From: Octopus vulgaris | Lineage: Eukaryota | DNA length: 64,000 nt | Assembly (NCBI GenBank): GCA_951406725.2 | Contig: OX597821.1 | Coordinates: 52,266,001-52,330,000, forward strand | Reading direction: 5' to 3' | Part shown: positions 1 to 13,600 of the stretch, piece after piece | Layout of the letters: the number at the start of each line of letters is the position of its first letter | Position numbering within the stretch: the stretch's first letter is position 1 | Program-made: the position numbers and the translations under genes | Notes under the pieces: model-generated | What the model saw: only the letters and a program-made list of their open reading frames with translations | What the model was told of the DNA's origin: nothing | The model's database searches: none

Positions 1-1775
1 AAATCTGAAATGTTTTCCAATTAAGCATCGAGCAGGCTTCATATTACTAGAGACACACTTAATATACACTTGAATGAGAATCTAACAATCTATTTGGCAT
101 TTGAGATCTTCAACAAAATTTATTAAGAAAATAACAATGAAAATATAATACGCTTTCTGTTTACAAACTAGTTGTCCTCATTCCGCATTCTCTGAAGTTA
201 TGAGTTCAGTTATGCAGTCTGGTTCATAGTAGATCCGTGGACAAAGGTAATGTGGTACCTATTCATATCTAAAGGGACAACAACACACTGGCTATGACCA
301 CATACAGTGAGCGCAACGATTGGTGAAGGAAGGAGATGATTACATCTGTAGTTTCCCAACGTACCATTTTAACAATCACCTTTCTTCACAGTGGTCAATA
401 GCGTTTCGTTACCAAATGCACGGAGATTTCGGATCTTTAGAAAATAACTTAGAAGTTCAGTTTAAGCTTTGTTCTCGGAATTTAGAGAACCGCAGGCTTT
501 CTTTTCTTTAAACTCTATGCATGCATCAAGAATAGTATCTTCATGGAAATTATCAATAGAAAACTAAAATTCTAATTCGTAATATGGCTACTTATTTCTA
601 AAAGAATGCAATTTCAATAGGTATTAGGTTTCACTAGATGTTATTGTCGCTGATATATAGCATGTAATTAATACGTTTCAATTTTATTAAACAACAAAGA
701 TAATAATTGCACCATAATAAACATCTATACAAATCTTTATGGTGACTCTATAGTGACAATTATAACGACAAATATAAAACAGCGTAACAATCGTTGATAA
801 GATGATGCGTTTTAAAAGACACCATTGTAATCACGGTTGTTCAAAAGCAAATGTAAGCCGTCACAGAAATGCTTTATCTTGTAAAGTTTGCGGATGATAA
901 AACCACTGCCTTTATTTTCAATGAGCTAACAGATACCCAGTCGCAGGATTTGTTAGAAATAGCATTCAAATTTCTCTTAAATAAGATCTTAATGTTTAAA
1001 ACACAAGTACACATCTGAAAATGTAATTTTATATACACAACAAATACTGAATTTTCCTCTTTATCGGAGAGAGAGCGAGAAAACCATAAATCTAACGGTA
1101 ATTATTTGCAACTCTCAAACACAAATGTGTGTGTGTGTGTATGTATGTACTTTCAAGAAGTACTTCTATTTTAAAGGGAGAAAATGTGATCATTGGGAGA
1201 AAATGGGATCATTGTAATCAGGCAAAATGAAATGACAGCTATGGGCATGTTTCGGCCTGATTAAAGCACACCTGTGAAGCGTTGTCTTCAAATGAATGTT
1301 TTGATTAAAAGTCAGAAATATTTCAAGCAGTAGAGAAAATTACTAAGAGCTTTGGTCAGTATAATATGTATGATTACAAAAGTGAAGTAAGCGAAATAAC
1401 TGAAATGAGCCAGTAGCATGAAAAAGGATTAAGGTAGACAATGAAGTGATGTACGAAGTAACATATGCAAAAACATTCTGCCTTTAAAGAAAAACCTTGC
1501 AGTAATTGTTAGCAAGTCTTAAAGTGAAAGAGAGATAATTTTTAGCAAATTGAGCAAATAAATGCTTCCTCGTTAGAAAGTGTATTTATCGCTGGCAACC
1601 TCACTGGAAAACAGGTATGTGTGGTTGGTTCAGTAGAATGTGCGTGGAGTGATATTAGATAAATGTCCCCTCTTTGAGTGAAGGTTAGAACAACTCGTCT
1701 GAAATGATATCTTAGAATAACTTGGATGATAAAAATTGGTTATTAAATATCTAAAGGAAGTCATAAAATATACCA

Positions 1776-2188
1776 CACAGGAGTGGCTGTGTGGTAAGTA
1801 GCTTGCTAACCAACCACATGGTTCCGGGTTCAGTCCCACTGCGTGGCATCTTGGGAGAGTGTCTTCTGCTATAGCCCCGGGCCTACCAATGCCTTGTGAG
1901 TGGATTTGGTAGACGGAAACTGAAATAAGCCTGTCGTATATATGTATATATGTATATGTATGTGTGTGTGTGTGTTTGTGTGTCTGTGTTTGTCCCCCTA
2001 GCATTGCTTGACAACCGATGCTGGTGTGTTTACGTCCCCGTTACTTAGCGGTTCGGCAAAAAAGAGACCGATAGAATAAGTACTGGGCTTACAAAGAATA
2101 AGTCCCGGGGTCGATTTGCTCGACTAAAGGCGGTGCTCCAGCATGGCCGCAGTCAAATGACTGAAACAAGTAAAAGAGTAAAAGAGTA
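1776..2188 (+). mobile_element. tRNA-derived SINE, family S1, full length (empty LINE target site)
   Basis: Head CAGGAGTGGCTGTGTGGTAAGTAGCTTGC with A box TGGCTGTGTGG and B-box-like GGTTCAGTCCC, internal (TA/TG)n, tail (GTAAAAGA)n. Near-identical copies at 12526-12926 (-) and 56497-56863 (+). Confidence 0.9.
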
Positions 2189-2299
2189 TATCGTTTAAAG
2201 TTCTGTTTGGAATTGCTACAGAAATTTACGCGACGTACATACATCGATGACAAATTTACATATTTTTGTCAAAATTCACCCTCCCTCTCTCCACACACA

Positions 2300-2370
<71 letters not shown>

Positions 2371-2442
2371 GTAGGTCCCGGGTTGATTCGGGGTTAACCA
2401 CAGTAAATAAGGTACTCAATACATAGCAGAGTAAAATTAATT

Positions 2443-2545
2443 TATTATATAGAAGGAGCTTCTACAGGACTGTTTCATTCAAGAGAAATCATCAGGATTT
2501 CCTGATGATTTCTCTTGAATGAAACAGTCCTGTAGAAGCTCCTTC

Positions 2546-2554
<9 letters not shown>
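2443..2554. repeat. Perfect 55-bp-arm palindrome in a PLE-like unit (2371-2554) with a degenerate hammerhead core
   Basis: 2443-2497 is the exact reverse complement of 2500-2554 (2-nt spacer). Contains CTGATGA (2502-2508) ... GAAACAGTC (2521-2529). Flanked by (TA)n. Confidence 0.85.
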
Positions 2555-2591
<37 letters not shown>

Positions 2592-2759
2592 GATATGGGC
2601 AGGCTGCGTTTATAGACATAAGGGAATATATTCTCATCAATTCGCCTGGTGTTAAAAAACCAGGAAGTCACAGACATGCATGATAACTAGCATCAGGTCC
2701 CGTTATAGGATATATGTGTATGTGTATATGTGTGTGTTAGCGTGCGTGGGTGTGTTTGA

Positions 2760-3010
2760 AGGTGCATGGCTTAGCGGTTGAGGTGGTGCACTCACGATTA
2801 CGAGGTCATGGTTTCGATTCCCAGACCATGAGTTGCGTTGTGTTCTTGAGCAAAGTAGCTGAGCGATCATTTCGTCATTTGGAATATCGCACATTGTGCA
2901 CCTCTGCAGCTAGTAACGATTTGAAAGCTTATGTGAATAGAAATATTTGACCACTGTAAACAAATCATCTATGTGATTGTTCGGCTAGAAATTACAGAAC
3001 CCTGATAAAG
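2760..3010 (+). mobile_element. Degenerate tRNA-derived SINE (S3-type head)
   Basis: GGTGCATGGCTTAGCGG ... GGTTTCGATTCC resemble A and B boxes; similar to 16855-17005. Confidence 0.55.
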
Positions 3011-3025
3011 AGTCTACTCATGTCG

Positions 3026-3056
3026 TGTATATATATATACATTTATATATACATAC

Positions 3057-3109
<53 letters not shown>

Positions 3110-3193
3110 TACATATATATCCATATATATATATATACATACATATATGTACATACATATATATATATACATACATATATGTACATACATATA

Positions 3194-3225
<32 letters not shown>

Positions 3226-3268
3226 CATACATATATGTACATACATATATATATATATATATACATAA

Positions 3269-3317
<49 letters not shown>

Positions 3318-3328
3318 TATATACATAC

Positions 3329-3377
<49 letters not shown>

Positions 3378-3705
3378 CATACATATATATATATACATAT
3401 ATATATACATACATATATATATATATATATACATAGATATATACATATATATATGTATACATATATATATATATATATATACATACATATATACATATAT
3501 ATATAAATACATACATATATATATACATATATATATATATACATATATATATATACATACATATATATTTATATATACACACATATATATATATATATAC
3601 ATATATATATACATACATATATATATATATATACATACATATATATATATATAAACATACATATATATATATATATACATACATCCATATATATATATAT
3701 ATATG
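3026..3705. repeat. Complex (TA)n/(TACA)n microsatellite
   Basis: Directly visible; it generates the YIYI ORFs. Confidence 0.98.
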
Positions 3706-3749
3706 ATTGATCGCTAGCCACTGGACCTTTTTTATATTCTCCCTATTTA

Positions 3750-3783
3750 TTTCTGTTGAAGAGCGTAGGCTCGAAACGTAAAA
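3750..3783 (+). ncRNA. Minimal type I hammerhead-like motif (variant core) in PLE-like fragment 3706-3880
   Basis: TTT-CTGTTGA-A-GAGC(GTAG)GCTC-GAAAC-GTA-AAA. One core substitution relative to CUGANGA. A partial reverse copy of the host fragment lies at ~31047-31140. Confidence 0.5.
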
Positions 3784-3974
3784 GACTTTCTCACTTCCCG
3801 AGCGTTAAACTAATACATCTGTTTGTTGTGTACACACACATCTTTCGTATTTTGTTTTGTTCATTTTTTGCAAATTCCATCTATATATACATATATATAT
3901 GGTATATATATATATATATATAGATATATATATATATGGTATATATAAGTATGTGTATGTATATATGCGTGTAT

Positions 3975-4253
3975 ATATAAGATGAGAGAATAGAGAGATA
4001 ATAAGTAACTTATTCATTAAAAAGTTGACAAACATCTCTTGCAGCTGTTTCAATTCTAGACCATCAGAAAATTAATTAATAGAATTAAAAATTATTCGAA
4101 AGTTGAATTCCTCAGAGTTAGATTTGAAATGAATTTCAATTTTATTAATTATTTTTCTGAAGGTCTAGAATTGAAACAACTGTAAGATACCTTTATCAAT
4201 GTTTTAATTAATAAATAATAATTGATTAATTATTTCTCTGTTTCTTATCGTAT
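3975..4253. repeat. Imperfect inverted repeat, PLE-like, with degenerate hammerhead motifs
   Basis: ~3975-4097 versus ~4128-4253. Each arm has CTGA(T/A)GG-TCTAGAATT-GAAACA(G/A)CTG(C/T)A. Confidence 0.65.
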
Positions 4254-4405
4254 TGCAATAAATAAACATACATAAACCACGGTTTATATAGTTATGTTAT
4301 AGTTGAATATTAAATGTAATGTTCAACAGTGTTTGTATAGGTAACTAACCAGTACTTTGATAGGATTTTGCAATCCCTTAATAAGGTTTGAAATCTTTAT
4401 TTGAA

Positions 4406-4452
<47 letters not shown>

Positions 4453-4457
<5 letters not shown>

Positions 4458-4783
4458 TCATAATTAAGGGCAAACGAAAAAATTTCTAATGCCAGATATG
4501 CCGAAAAATTGGACATATTGTCCATTAACCATATAATTTTACCTTCTTCCGTGGGTATGAGTAAGTATCTCATTTATTTCTTTTTGCCACATGTATCACT
4601 GACGAAGCTAACCCTGAAATCGGTCCGATATGGTAATAATGGAATGTTTTAGAAATTTCTGTCGACCTTTTTTCGAGTAGCGTGCATATTGTGAATAAAT
4701 TATATGGTTAATGGACAATATGTCCAATTTTTCGGCATATCTGGCATTAGAAATTTTTTCGTTTGCCCTTAATTATGAATTGT
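4453..4783. mobile_element. PLE-like unit with perfect 87-bp inverted arms
   Basis: 4453-4539 is the reverse complement of 4697-4783; hammerhead in the spacer; unit starts at (TA)n. Confidence 0.8.
4593..4631 (+). ncRNA. Minimal type I hammerhead ribozyme
   Basis: GTATCA-CTGACGA-AG(CTAACC)CT-GAAATCGGTC-CGATAT: intact CUGACGA, GAAA and GUC core; stem I TATC/GATA. Confidence 0.7.
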
Positions 4784-4885
4784 TTATAGATTTAACCTTT
4801 AAAGGTATTTTTTGATATGCTGGCCATTGATAACATTTTTTTTGAAAAAGAATATAGTTTTTTCGAAAAAAGAATGTTATCCTTC

Positions 4886-4916
<31 letters not shown>

Positions 4917-5563
4917 TTGAGTGTGTGCGTGTTTGAGTGTCTGAGATCGAAGAAAAATTTATCAGTAGTGAGAGCACTATAATCGACTGAATTCCTTGAT
5001 GACGTCATTGCTCCCACATGAAACCAGTAAAAAAGTAAAAGAATTTAATACTAATGCCTTTCAGTTTCTTGTTAATTTTCAACTGATTTAACTATGAGTG
5101 TATGGGTTACAGCAGTATATCTTGGAATAAAGGTAACACCATGTACCAAACTTTCATCTAGAAACAAAAATATCATTTCTAATGTTTCATTTATATTTTA
5201 CATAGAATTTAGCTGCAATTAGTGTGTTAGTAATTCCACGAGTCTGGGAATAGTCGAAAGCATGAAGATGAAAGACAATTATATATAGGTTTGTGAATTT
5301 ATCGAAGCCAAAAAAAAAGCAAAAAAGAAAGCGTTACTGAAACACATAAGAATATAAATAACAACAATAATAGATTTATAAAAATATCAATGTTATAGAG
5401 TAAATATCGATTTCACGTTAATCTATCAGATAATCGATTATTTTACTTCTATTTCTACGGTATATCTTCTCGCATCATACATACACACACGCACACACAG
5501 ACACAGAGGTTGCATACGCGCATTAGACACATATTTGTTGGAAGCATATACATACGTACATAT

Positions 5564-5615
<52 letters not shown>

Positions 5616-5756
5616 TCTATCTGAGTGTATGAGTATGCGTGTGTTTATGCGTATGAAAATATACTGATACAGTATGGACATGTTAAATGTATACTGAGAT
5701 CATATATACAGCATTAAAAAATTAGTTACAGAAATACGATAACTTTTAAACTGCAT

Positions 5757-5796
<40 letters not shown>

Positions 5797-6056
5797 TAAA
5801 CAATAATAGATTGCGTTTGATACTGGGATATGTCTTCGAAATTTGCAGCCAGGTTTCTCGTACGTCGATATATAACAGTAGCCGGTTATATAATGGAGGC
5901 AGGCATTTCTTCTTCAGGAAATACCCATGAGAGAGGTCAGCTGTCATACACCTTCAGCATATAATCTCTCAAAAATGACAAGACATATAAAAAAAGTAAT
6001 GCACCCGACCAGAATATCTGAAGAAAGTTTTCTGCGAAGATATAACTTTACAATGA

Positions 6057-6129
<73 letters not shown>
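6057..6129. repeat. (AAT)n microsatellite
   Basis: Directly visible. Confidence 0.98.
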
Positions 6130-6130
<1 letters not shown>

Positions 6131-6344
6131 TCCGTATCTCGTGTCTAGTCACGTTGTTCTTTTTCATGAATGAACAATAATATATACTGTAGCCATAACT
6201 GAATGGCCGTCTGCATAATGACTGCGGCCAATGATGGCATAAGCCTGTACGAGGTCCAATCATCTTCCAGAAATAAGTCTATATTCCACTCAAACTCCGT
6301 CTAATCAATTTTATAAAGGCCAAAGTCAGATAAATTGTTTGATA

Positions 6345-6800
6345 ATAAGCTGATGGTTACAACTGGAATGTTTTTGCTCGCCAACCTGCTTATTCAGAGT
6401 TGACATGGAACTAAACAGCTGCAACGAACTAAAAAACCTCAACGTGCTATACGTAGTAGCTAAATCACGTTCTACTTATTGTCTTAGTAAGAGAAGGTCA
6501 TGTTGGATAGAGCAGTCATAGGTACACAGTATGATAACATGCATACACAAACTGAATGATCGCGTTGGAAGGCTTCTCAGAATCTTCATAAAAGCTGGAG
6601 TTAAACAGCAATATACTCCAACCAATAAAGATGCCTTTGTGCGTTTGGTCGATTTGCTAGCAATAACACCGCTTACGCTCTCCTAATCAATTCACAATTT
6701 ACTACACTGGATGATATAGTTTTAGATATCGCCTCATTTTAGGGTGAGAACCGGAATAAATTTGATCAGCTTTTATCTGTGGATACATAACAATAAAAAC
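6345..6800 (+). mobile_element. Tandem copies of an old, degenerate dispersed repeat (~200 bp unit)
   Basis: Recurrent blocks (GCTAG/AAATAGC..., TTGGATA.TG.AGTC, TGGAATG, TAAACA.CAA) also at ~900-1050, 9050-9260, 11560-11770 and 34830-35010, and reversed at ~35230-35460 and 62110-62290. Matched by eye only. Confidence 0.45.
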
Positions 6801-7198
6801 AATTTAATCTTAATTATTAAATTACCTTGATGGACGAAGTAATAAAGCTAATCTCGTTAAAGCTCAAATTAGAGGTGTGAAGTAATGAAAGAAACGAAAA
6901 TTAGATGACGGGTAGTTGTGAGAGATTAAGGGAATGACACTACAGTGGTGGATTACTGTTTGACAGATTCTCTCTATTTCTGAAACAGTTGTTCTGGTGT
7001 CAAGACTAGAGTGTGCAGCAGACAAGAAGTCAAACTGGTGTATTATAGTAGCTCACATAAAAAGACTCAGTTTCATTATAATAAAGTATACTCTCGCCAG
7101 TAGTTTGATAACCTGCAATAGACTGAAAGTAGTTGCCTTTGAGGGATATATAGAGTGTTCTCTCATGAACTACGGTAATGCATTCAATTCAGAGAGGA

Positions 7199-7200
<2 letters not shown>

Positions 7201-7262
<62 letters not shown>
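7201..7262. repeat. (AG)n microsatellite
   Basis: Directly visible. Confidence 0.98.
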
Positions 7263-7265
<3 letters not shown>

Positions 7266-10200
7266 ATGAGAGGGAAAGAGGAATCAAACTCCGTACTTGA
7301 CTGGTACTTTATTTTATCGACTTTTAAATAATGAAATGATGAAAACTGATCTCGACAAGATTTGAAATGAGATCACAAAAACCCCGAATAAATACTGTAA
7401 CATATTAGACTCTTAAACAAGTTTGACGACTGGTCGTTTCAGTGAAGTTCTAGGAAACATGAACCTTCGAACTACTGGGATGAGAAGGTAAACTTAAGCA
7501 ATAACTTAACTTTAGTTCTATTTAAAAAAATAACTGCTGAATATGGGGTGATTGATAACTCGCTATATATACACAAAATACTGAGATAAGCGTTATGATC
7601 AGAGTATAAATATGTAAATATGGTTTACAAATAATTATCTATGCAATCAACAATCGCAAAACAACATGTGTCGGTATAGAAATGAAATATAAAATACTTA
7701 TCTATAAAATACATATAGAAATTACTTAATATGCTAGAAGCTTGAATAATGGGTACAAGTTATGTACATAGAGATACTTAAAATAATCCAGATATATATT
7801 CACAAAAAATTTTGAGAGCAAATACAAAAGTCAAAATTATGTGATATAGCATATTAATATTACGGATAAGTAAAGAAATGATTTATTATAGAATTTTCCA
7901 TGATACATTAGAACGAAAATCTTACTTAGGAAATGGACAATTAATCAACATTTATGAAATCTAAGCAAAGAAATTATCGAATTGTCAAACAAACGTTCAT
8001 ATCCACACAAAAGGTGTAAAGGTATTATTCATGGAAAAATTCTTTTGAAAACAAGCTGTTACTCAATCTTATTTGTAGATATAAATATATACAAGTGCTT
8101 TTAAATTGTACATGCACACATTTCAAATGAAAATATTCAACTTGGTCAAATTTAGCTTATAAGTGTAACATAAAAAACGATAAAAATCTATAGAGACAGC
8201 TGCTTCAAAGTGAAACATTTCTTTACACCGGTCTCATAGATTATCCGTTTGCAGAGCAAGGTTTTAATTCTAATGCACCTTGGAAATTTATTGAATGAAT
8301 CATTTACTCTTTCCCTCCATTATTTCCCCGAGATTATAAAGCATGCTAAGTGACATGATTTTGTCTTTTGTATATGCTTTCAAAATTTATGTGACTATAC
8401 ATCCATGTTTGCTTGAATATCTTTAAGTGGGTAAGCCATTAAAACCTAAGTATATAAGTGATTTATATTTTAAAGGTTTAAATAAAAACCTAAAAACAAA
8501 TAAATGATTTATCAGCACTAAATCAATGAAAATATTATCATTGTAACGTAGGCAAAAGAAGTTATGACTAAAAGTGCGGAGGTGGTTGGTAGAAGGGAGA
8601 CTAAACGAATTTGGATGAGAGTGCAATTAGCCACAATTATTTTTATTCTGTGGACATAACGTAATTCCGAGTTAAAACAAAAATTGCAACTCTAAATAAG
8701 CTGATTACTCTTCTGTTTGTAAGCCTGTTTGTATATAAAAATGCGTGCCTGCATATGTGCATGCATGTATATATGTATGTGTATGTCCGTCTGCCTGCCT
8801 GCCTGCCTGCCTGCCTGCCTACCTATCTACCTACCTACCATCTATCTAGCTGTTTACATGATTACAAAGTGGTACATCATCACACGACAAGGTAATCCTT
8901 ACGTATTCGATCAGTAATGAAATTTTTTCCCAAATGCTGTTTTCAGTTTACATTTGCTTTCATAATCCAAAAATGAAGCATGGTCCAATAGAAATGAAAT
9001 AAAGACTACGGACTTGATCAGTTGGCTTAACATAACAAATACTTTAGGGACTTAATGTTATAAACAATGAAAAGCCTGTACATGGTCGCTCGGCTTGCTA
9101 ATAAAATATCAACCAAACGTATGTCATTGATAGCTAACAATTCTCAAAAGAAGGATACATTAGGTAATGCAGTCCAGTGGTCAGTATGCCGGAAATCTAT
9201 CAGATGGTCATGGCTACAATGTATTTAACTATAAGCTTACTGGATCATGGTCTATAATGTTAATCATGGTCTATAATGTTTATATCTTTAAGTATAAAAT
9301 TTAAACGGAAGCGTAAAATGATCAAGAAATCTACGATAGCTATACTAGTTGGTTAAAAAATGAGAGTGTATGATATTCGAATTCATACTATATCTCTAGT
9401 AATTATCGATGCGCTGTCGAAGTACTTTTCCGTATTTTGTTACGTCTGTTTAGATTCGGAGTTCAGTTCCTTCCATGCTCAACCGTGTTCTTCCGCTTCC
9501 CGGAAATATGAAATATGTACCTGTTCAACTTTGGGCTTAATAAAATTGACTTTATAACTTTTTTGAAAGTATGTCCTGTTTACATGTGAACAGTTTTTGA
9601 TATATGTAGCCATGATCACTGAGATGGCATTTCTTTGAAATATACATCCTTACTGTATTATTTCGCCACCATTAGGAACTGTTAAAATATAAATTTGCTG
9701 ACTTATCATATTCCGTTTAGAACGTTTTATGAAGTTGCACTGCAGTTTCATTATATGTACACTGTGTATATAATGAGATATCTATAGTTGTAGACAACGA
9801 TATGTTTGAGTAGAGTGATTCAATATAGTAACACAGTGAATTGTGGTTTGTTACACATTAAATGCAAATAGCTGCAGGAGTGAATATTCTTGTGTAAACC
9901 AAAGTTCCTCGATATTTAAATAAGTATCTTCGATTGCGAGGCAAACAAAAATCACGCCATTATTATTAGAAGCAAGCTGCTTGGTTTACGGACATTTTCC
10001 CATTCTTCCATAAAAATGAATAATTGATTTTCAGGAAGAACGAGGATGAAAGATAAACAAAGGAAAGTTGCTGAAAAGAAGACATTTCTTAAAAGCGGTA
10101 TCGCCGATTCGATGACTACTGTTGGCGATACATACTGCTACATTTACTACTAGTCATGCCATGCATAGCTTCATTGTTAAGCAACTTCTTTATGAAAAAA

Positions 10201-10689
10201 AAAATCAAGTCTAAAGTTTGCTTTATATTCATATGTTTGGATCAGCGATTTTCTTCAGGGAAGAACTCTTAACTTGCTTAGAATTTGGAATAGATTAGAT
10301 TAGTTAAAAATCTATAAACATGATGTGAACCTTCAATATATTGTACATTTGAAAAATTACTCCAGCGGAGTTGCTATGTGGAATGAAACAGATGATAAAA
10401 GTCATAAAAAGGTATTTTCAGGTAAATTGTTATGATTTGGCTGGAATTTTCTGAAAATGTTAGGCTGCGTCATATAAAGAGACATTTCAAGGACACGTAC
10501 CATATTGGTTACAAGAATAGCGGAGTGGTTAAGAAGTTCTCTTTGTTATTTCGTAGTTAAAGATTTGATCTCACTGTGCGACAGTTCGGTAAGTGACTGT
10601 TATAGACCTGGGTTATCTAAAGCTTTGTAAGTGAAATTTGCTGGACAGTAACTAGGTGGAGATTCGTCGGAGGGATCGATCCCTTTCCT

Positions 10690-10885
10690 CAGAGACAAGC
10701 TTCAACCATCATCAGTTTTAACACCCTCACTTGATCCATGGGTGTCTTAAGGAGTCTAATCTTCTTTAAGAATTTGGACCGAGTGCCTGGTTTGGAAATA
10801 AGTTTCTTCCTTCTACTAGTTTCGGAGATTCTTACAAATGTCTTGGGTGTTACTCTTCCTTCTGAGTAAGTCATTTCCATTTCCC
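10690..10885 (-). pseudogene. Possible decayed C-terminus of an RLE-type non-LTR retrotransposon
   Basis: ...GRVTPK...FLKKIRLLKTPMDQVRVL resembles the terminal G-x-V-P-K...LQKxxLLGTAxILRxVL pattern of R4/NeSL-like ORFs; weak. Confidence 0.3.
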
Positions 10886-11849
10886 ATAAAACAGTAGCAA
10901 TTTATATGAACAAGATTAAAATCAGAATGGAATCTACTACAATTTTGTTTACCAGAAATTTGCATCGAATTCTACGGAGTTTGGTAAATGATGGAGAAAT
11001 AATTGATTTTGATTTGGCACAAAGTCAGTGTTTCAAAGAAGTCTGGTTTGTGTGTGTGTGTGTGTGTGTGTGTGTTTGTGTTGATAATCAAATGAATAAA
11101 GCTAGGTGTTATTTTTTTGTTTGTTTGCAACATACAGGGATGAAAGTTAAGTGTTGACACCAAAGGAATATCAACAAAAAAATTATAGAAAACTATACAC
11201 TATAAATTTCTATATTATTCAAATATTTTTAGAACACTTCAAAGTACATGAAATGGTGCAAACATTATGCAAACACTTCTATTCTAATTAAATTTCAATA
11301 AATATTATAGCTGCTATCATCTAAAGAATACTTTAAAATTCGCCTATAGTGAGGATTTGCCAAAATATTTTATACCATTCCAGCTTTCTATCGAATCAAA
11401 AATTTCAAACAACAACACGCAAAAGCACTGCAGATTATTACATAATTCAATCGGGAAAAGAATGTGGTTTATAACATCAGTTCTTGCATAATATTTTGAT
11501 CGCGCCAACTTTGATTCGGCGTTTCAAAGTATTTACTTAACTTTCAGAGCCGGCACAGACTATTCCAACCGGTGAACCAGAGCTAACAAAAGCTGCTAAG
11601 AATAACAACTAAATTCCCTCAGATTACAACCTTAAAATTTTTTTAAAGGAAAAGACGCAGATGATACCGTTGTACTTGCTATATACGAGTATGGGGGTGA
11701 TAGAGGGTGCAAAGCCTTTGTCGACACAAAAGGCCAGGTTAATCAAAGAGAGCCACAGGTTAACAACAACAATCACAGCAACAACCATCTTGCTCTTTTG
11801 CGCTCTCTAATATTGTCAATCATAACAACGTCAATGCCTTTATAATTAT

Positions 11850-12450
11850 TTAATCACCAACCCTCCAGGTATTCTTTAGCTGAATGTCCAATGGTATTAG
11901 AGCCATATTTCAGTTTTTCAGATTTCTCTCGATGATGTGCATTTAGTGAAGGCGAAGTTTGCCTTTCAATGAATTATCAGTTACTGCTTAGGCAGACATT
12001 CAGGTAGCATGTTCTTTCTTATGTAGAGCTTTCTTAATGAAGAGTTTTAATTCTTGACAGTTCTACTCGCTCTATTTACTCACTACTGGGAATTGGGTCG
12101 CTCCTTGTGTTTCTCCAAGTGCAGCACAGATGATTCATCTTCATGTTATGAACCTTCGTCACCAGATGCTTACGCAGTGTCATGTTCCAAAATCATTCGT
12201 GGTTATTAGATAGCGACGACTCTGTCCACCAGACGGTGTGATTGCTTTTGCTATCACTTCTATTTACTGTCAACACAACCATCTGTCGATAGTGCATAGC
12301 CAAATTACATACACTTGTAGTTTTCATATTGACGCTTTCAAATATGATGCCTTCTTAATGTGTTGATATAGAGCTTGACTGGGATACCACTTGTGCCGTT
12401 TTGATGTTAAACTATTCAGGACAGTGTCTTAGATAGAATCTAGAATACAT
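11850..12450 (-). pseudogene. Decayed RTE-like LINE 3' ORF fragment
   Basis: Minus strand near 11960-12015 reads MLPECLPKQ...NSLKGK, like the RTE C-terminal RMxxxRLPKQLLYGEL motif; heavily disrupted. Confidence 0.4.
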
Positions 12451-12525
12451 TCACAATCCTCTGCATGCGAAGTGGCACATGAGTGACTAACAAGTTGTAA
12501 TCTGGACCCAATAGATCTAGAAGGA

Positions 12526-12926
12526 TACTCTTTTACTTGTTTCAGATATTTGACTGTGGTCATGCTGGAGCACAACCTTTAGTCGAGCAAATTCACCCCA
12601 GGACTTATTCTTTGTAAACCTATTACTTATTCTATCGGTCTCTTTTGCTGAACCGCTAAGTTATGGGGACGTAAACACACCAGCATCGGTTGTCAAGCGT
12701 GTTGGGGGCCAAACACAGGTACACAAACATACACGCACATATATATATATACATACATGTATACGACGGGCCTCTTTCAGTGTCTGTCTACCAAATCCAC
12801 TCACAAGAATTTGGTCGGCCCGAGGCTATAGTAGAAGACACTTGCCCAAGGTGCCACGCAGTGGGACTGAACCCGGAACCATGTGGTTCGTAAGCAAGCT
12901 ACTTACCACACAGCCACTCCTGCGCC
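12526..12926 (-). mobile_element. SINE S1, full length (empty target site)
   Basis: Reverse complement of the 1776-2188 element, including head GGCGCAGGAGTGGCTGTGTGGTAAGTAGCTTGCTTAC and CORE-like ACCTTGGGCAAGT. Confidence 0.9.
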
Positions 12927-13199
12927 TATACGGATTCTCATTTTTGCTCTAGAATGGGCAATGCTGAAGAGTTCTACAGTACGGAGGTACTTTGTTCTGA
13001 AGGTCGTGGGAGACTTGTAGCATTGTTACAAAAGAAGTTGAGAACAGTGTTGGCATCAATATTGTTACCAAATGCTGTTACCAAATGTTGTTACCAAATA
13101 CGTCCAATGAGTCTACATGATGGGCCTTTACCATAGATTATAAATTTCTTAAACAATCGTATCTAGATTGAATTTATCTCCAGTATCGAATGTCTTAGT

Positions 13200-13600
13200 T
13201 AAGTTACTACATCATATACAGGAAGTCGTTCTGTTTTGTGCATTTTTCCTGTTGTCGGTGGCAGGAAATCATGTAGGAAACTACACTTTGAATATGGGAT
13301 TAATTCTAGGGTTAATGCTATTGTGATTCCGTTTTCAATCTCTACAATCTGTTCTACTGTCTTTGATGTAAGTTGTAATATTTTCAGTATATTACCATAG
13401 TTGTGGCATCGATCTGCTAATGCTTTTTTGATCAATTTGTGCTATCTGATCAATCACGTTTTAAAACAACTAAAACGTTGCAAATCTCTAATCCGTAAAT
13501 TTGTACAGTGATGCATGGAAATGCAGAAGAAGAAAATAATGTCATAGTTATAAATTTAGTGCACCAAACGCCTTTGTAAATCTGCATTATAGCTGCGAAA
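13200..13600 (-). pseudogene. Possible decayed Helitron Pif1-helicase C-terminal fragment
   Basis: Ordered weak matches on the minus strand: TKF..SSAFP (cf. EFLN..SGLPPH), NYGNILKILQL..VE..ENG (cf. CNGTRLxVxxL..IEA..G), PRI/LIP...RQ (cf. PRIxLxP...RRQFP). Confidence 0.3.

Noticed and set aside
1778-1850. Real tRNA gene
   Set aside because: A and B boxes are present, but I see no convincing cloverleaf and it runs into the SINE body.
1630-2004. 124-aa ORF and the similar one at 12690-12893
   Set aside because: Antisense reading of the S1 SINE.
3018-3684. Long YIYI/ICIY ORFs here and at 28139-28684 and 44357-45256
   Set aside because: Translations of (TA)n/(TATG)n microsatellites.
10035-10152. 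Possible host exon after TTTTCAG (MKDKQRKVAEKK...)
   Set aside because: Short, no recognisable homology and no partner exons; would need RNA-seq.
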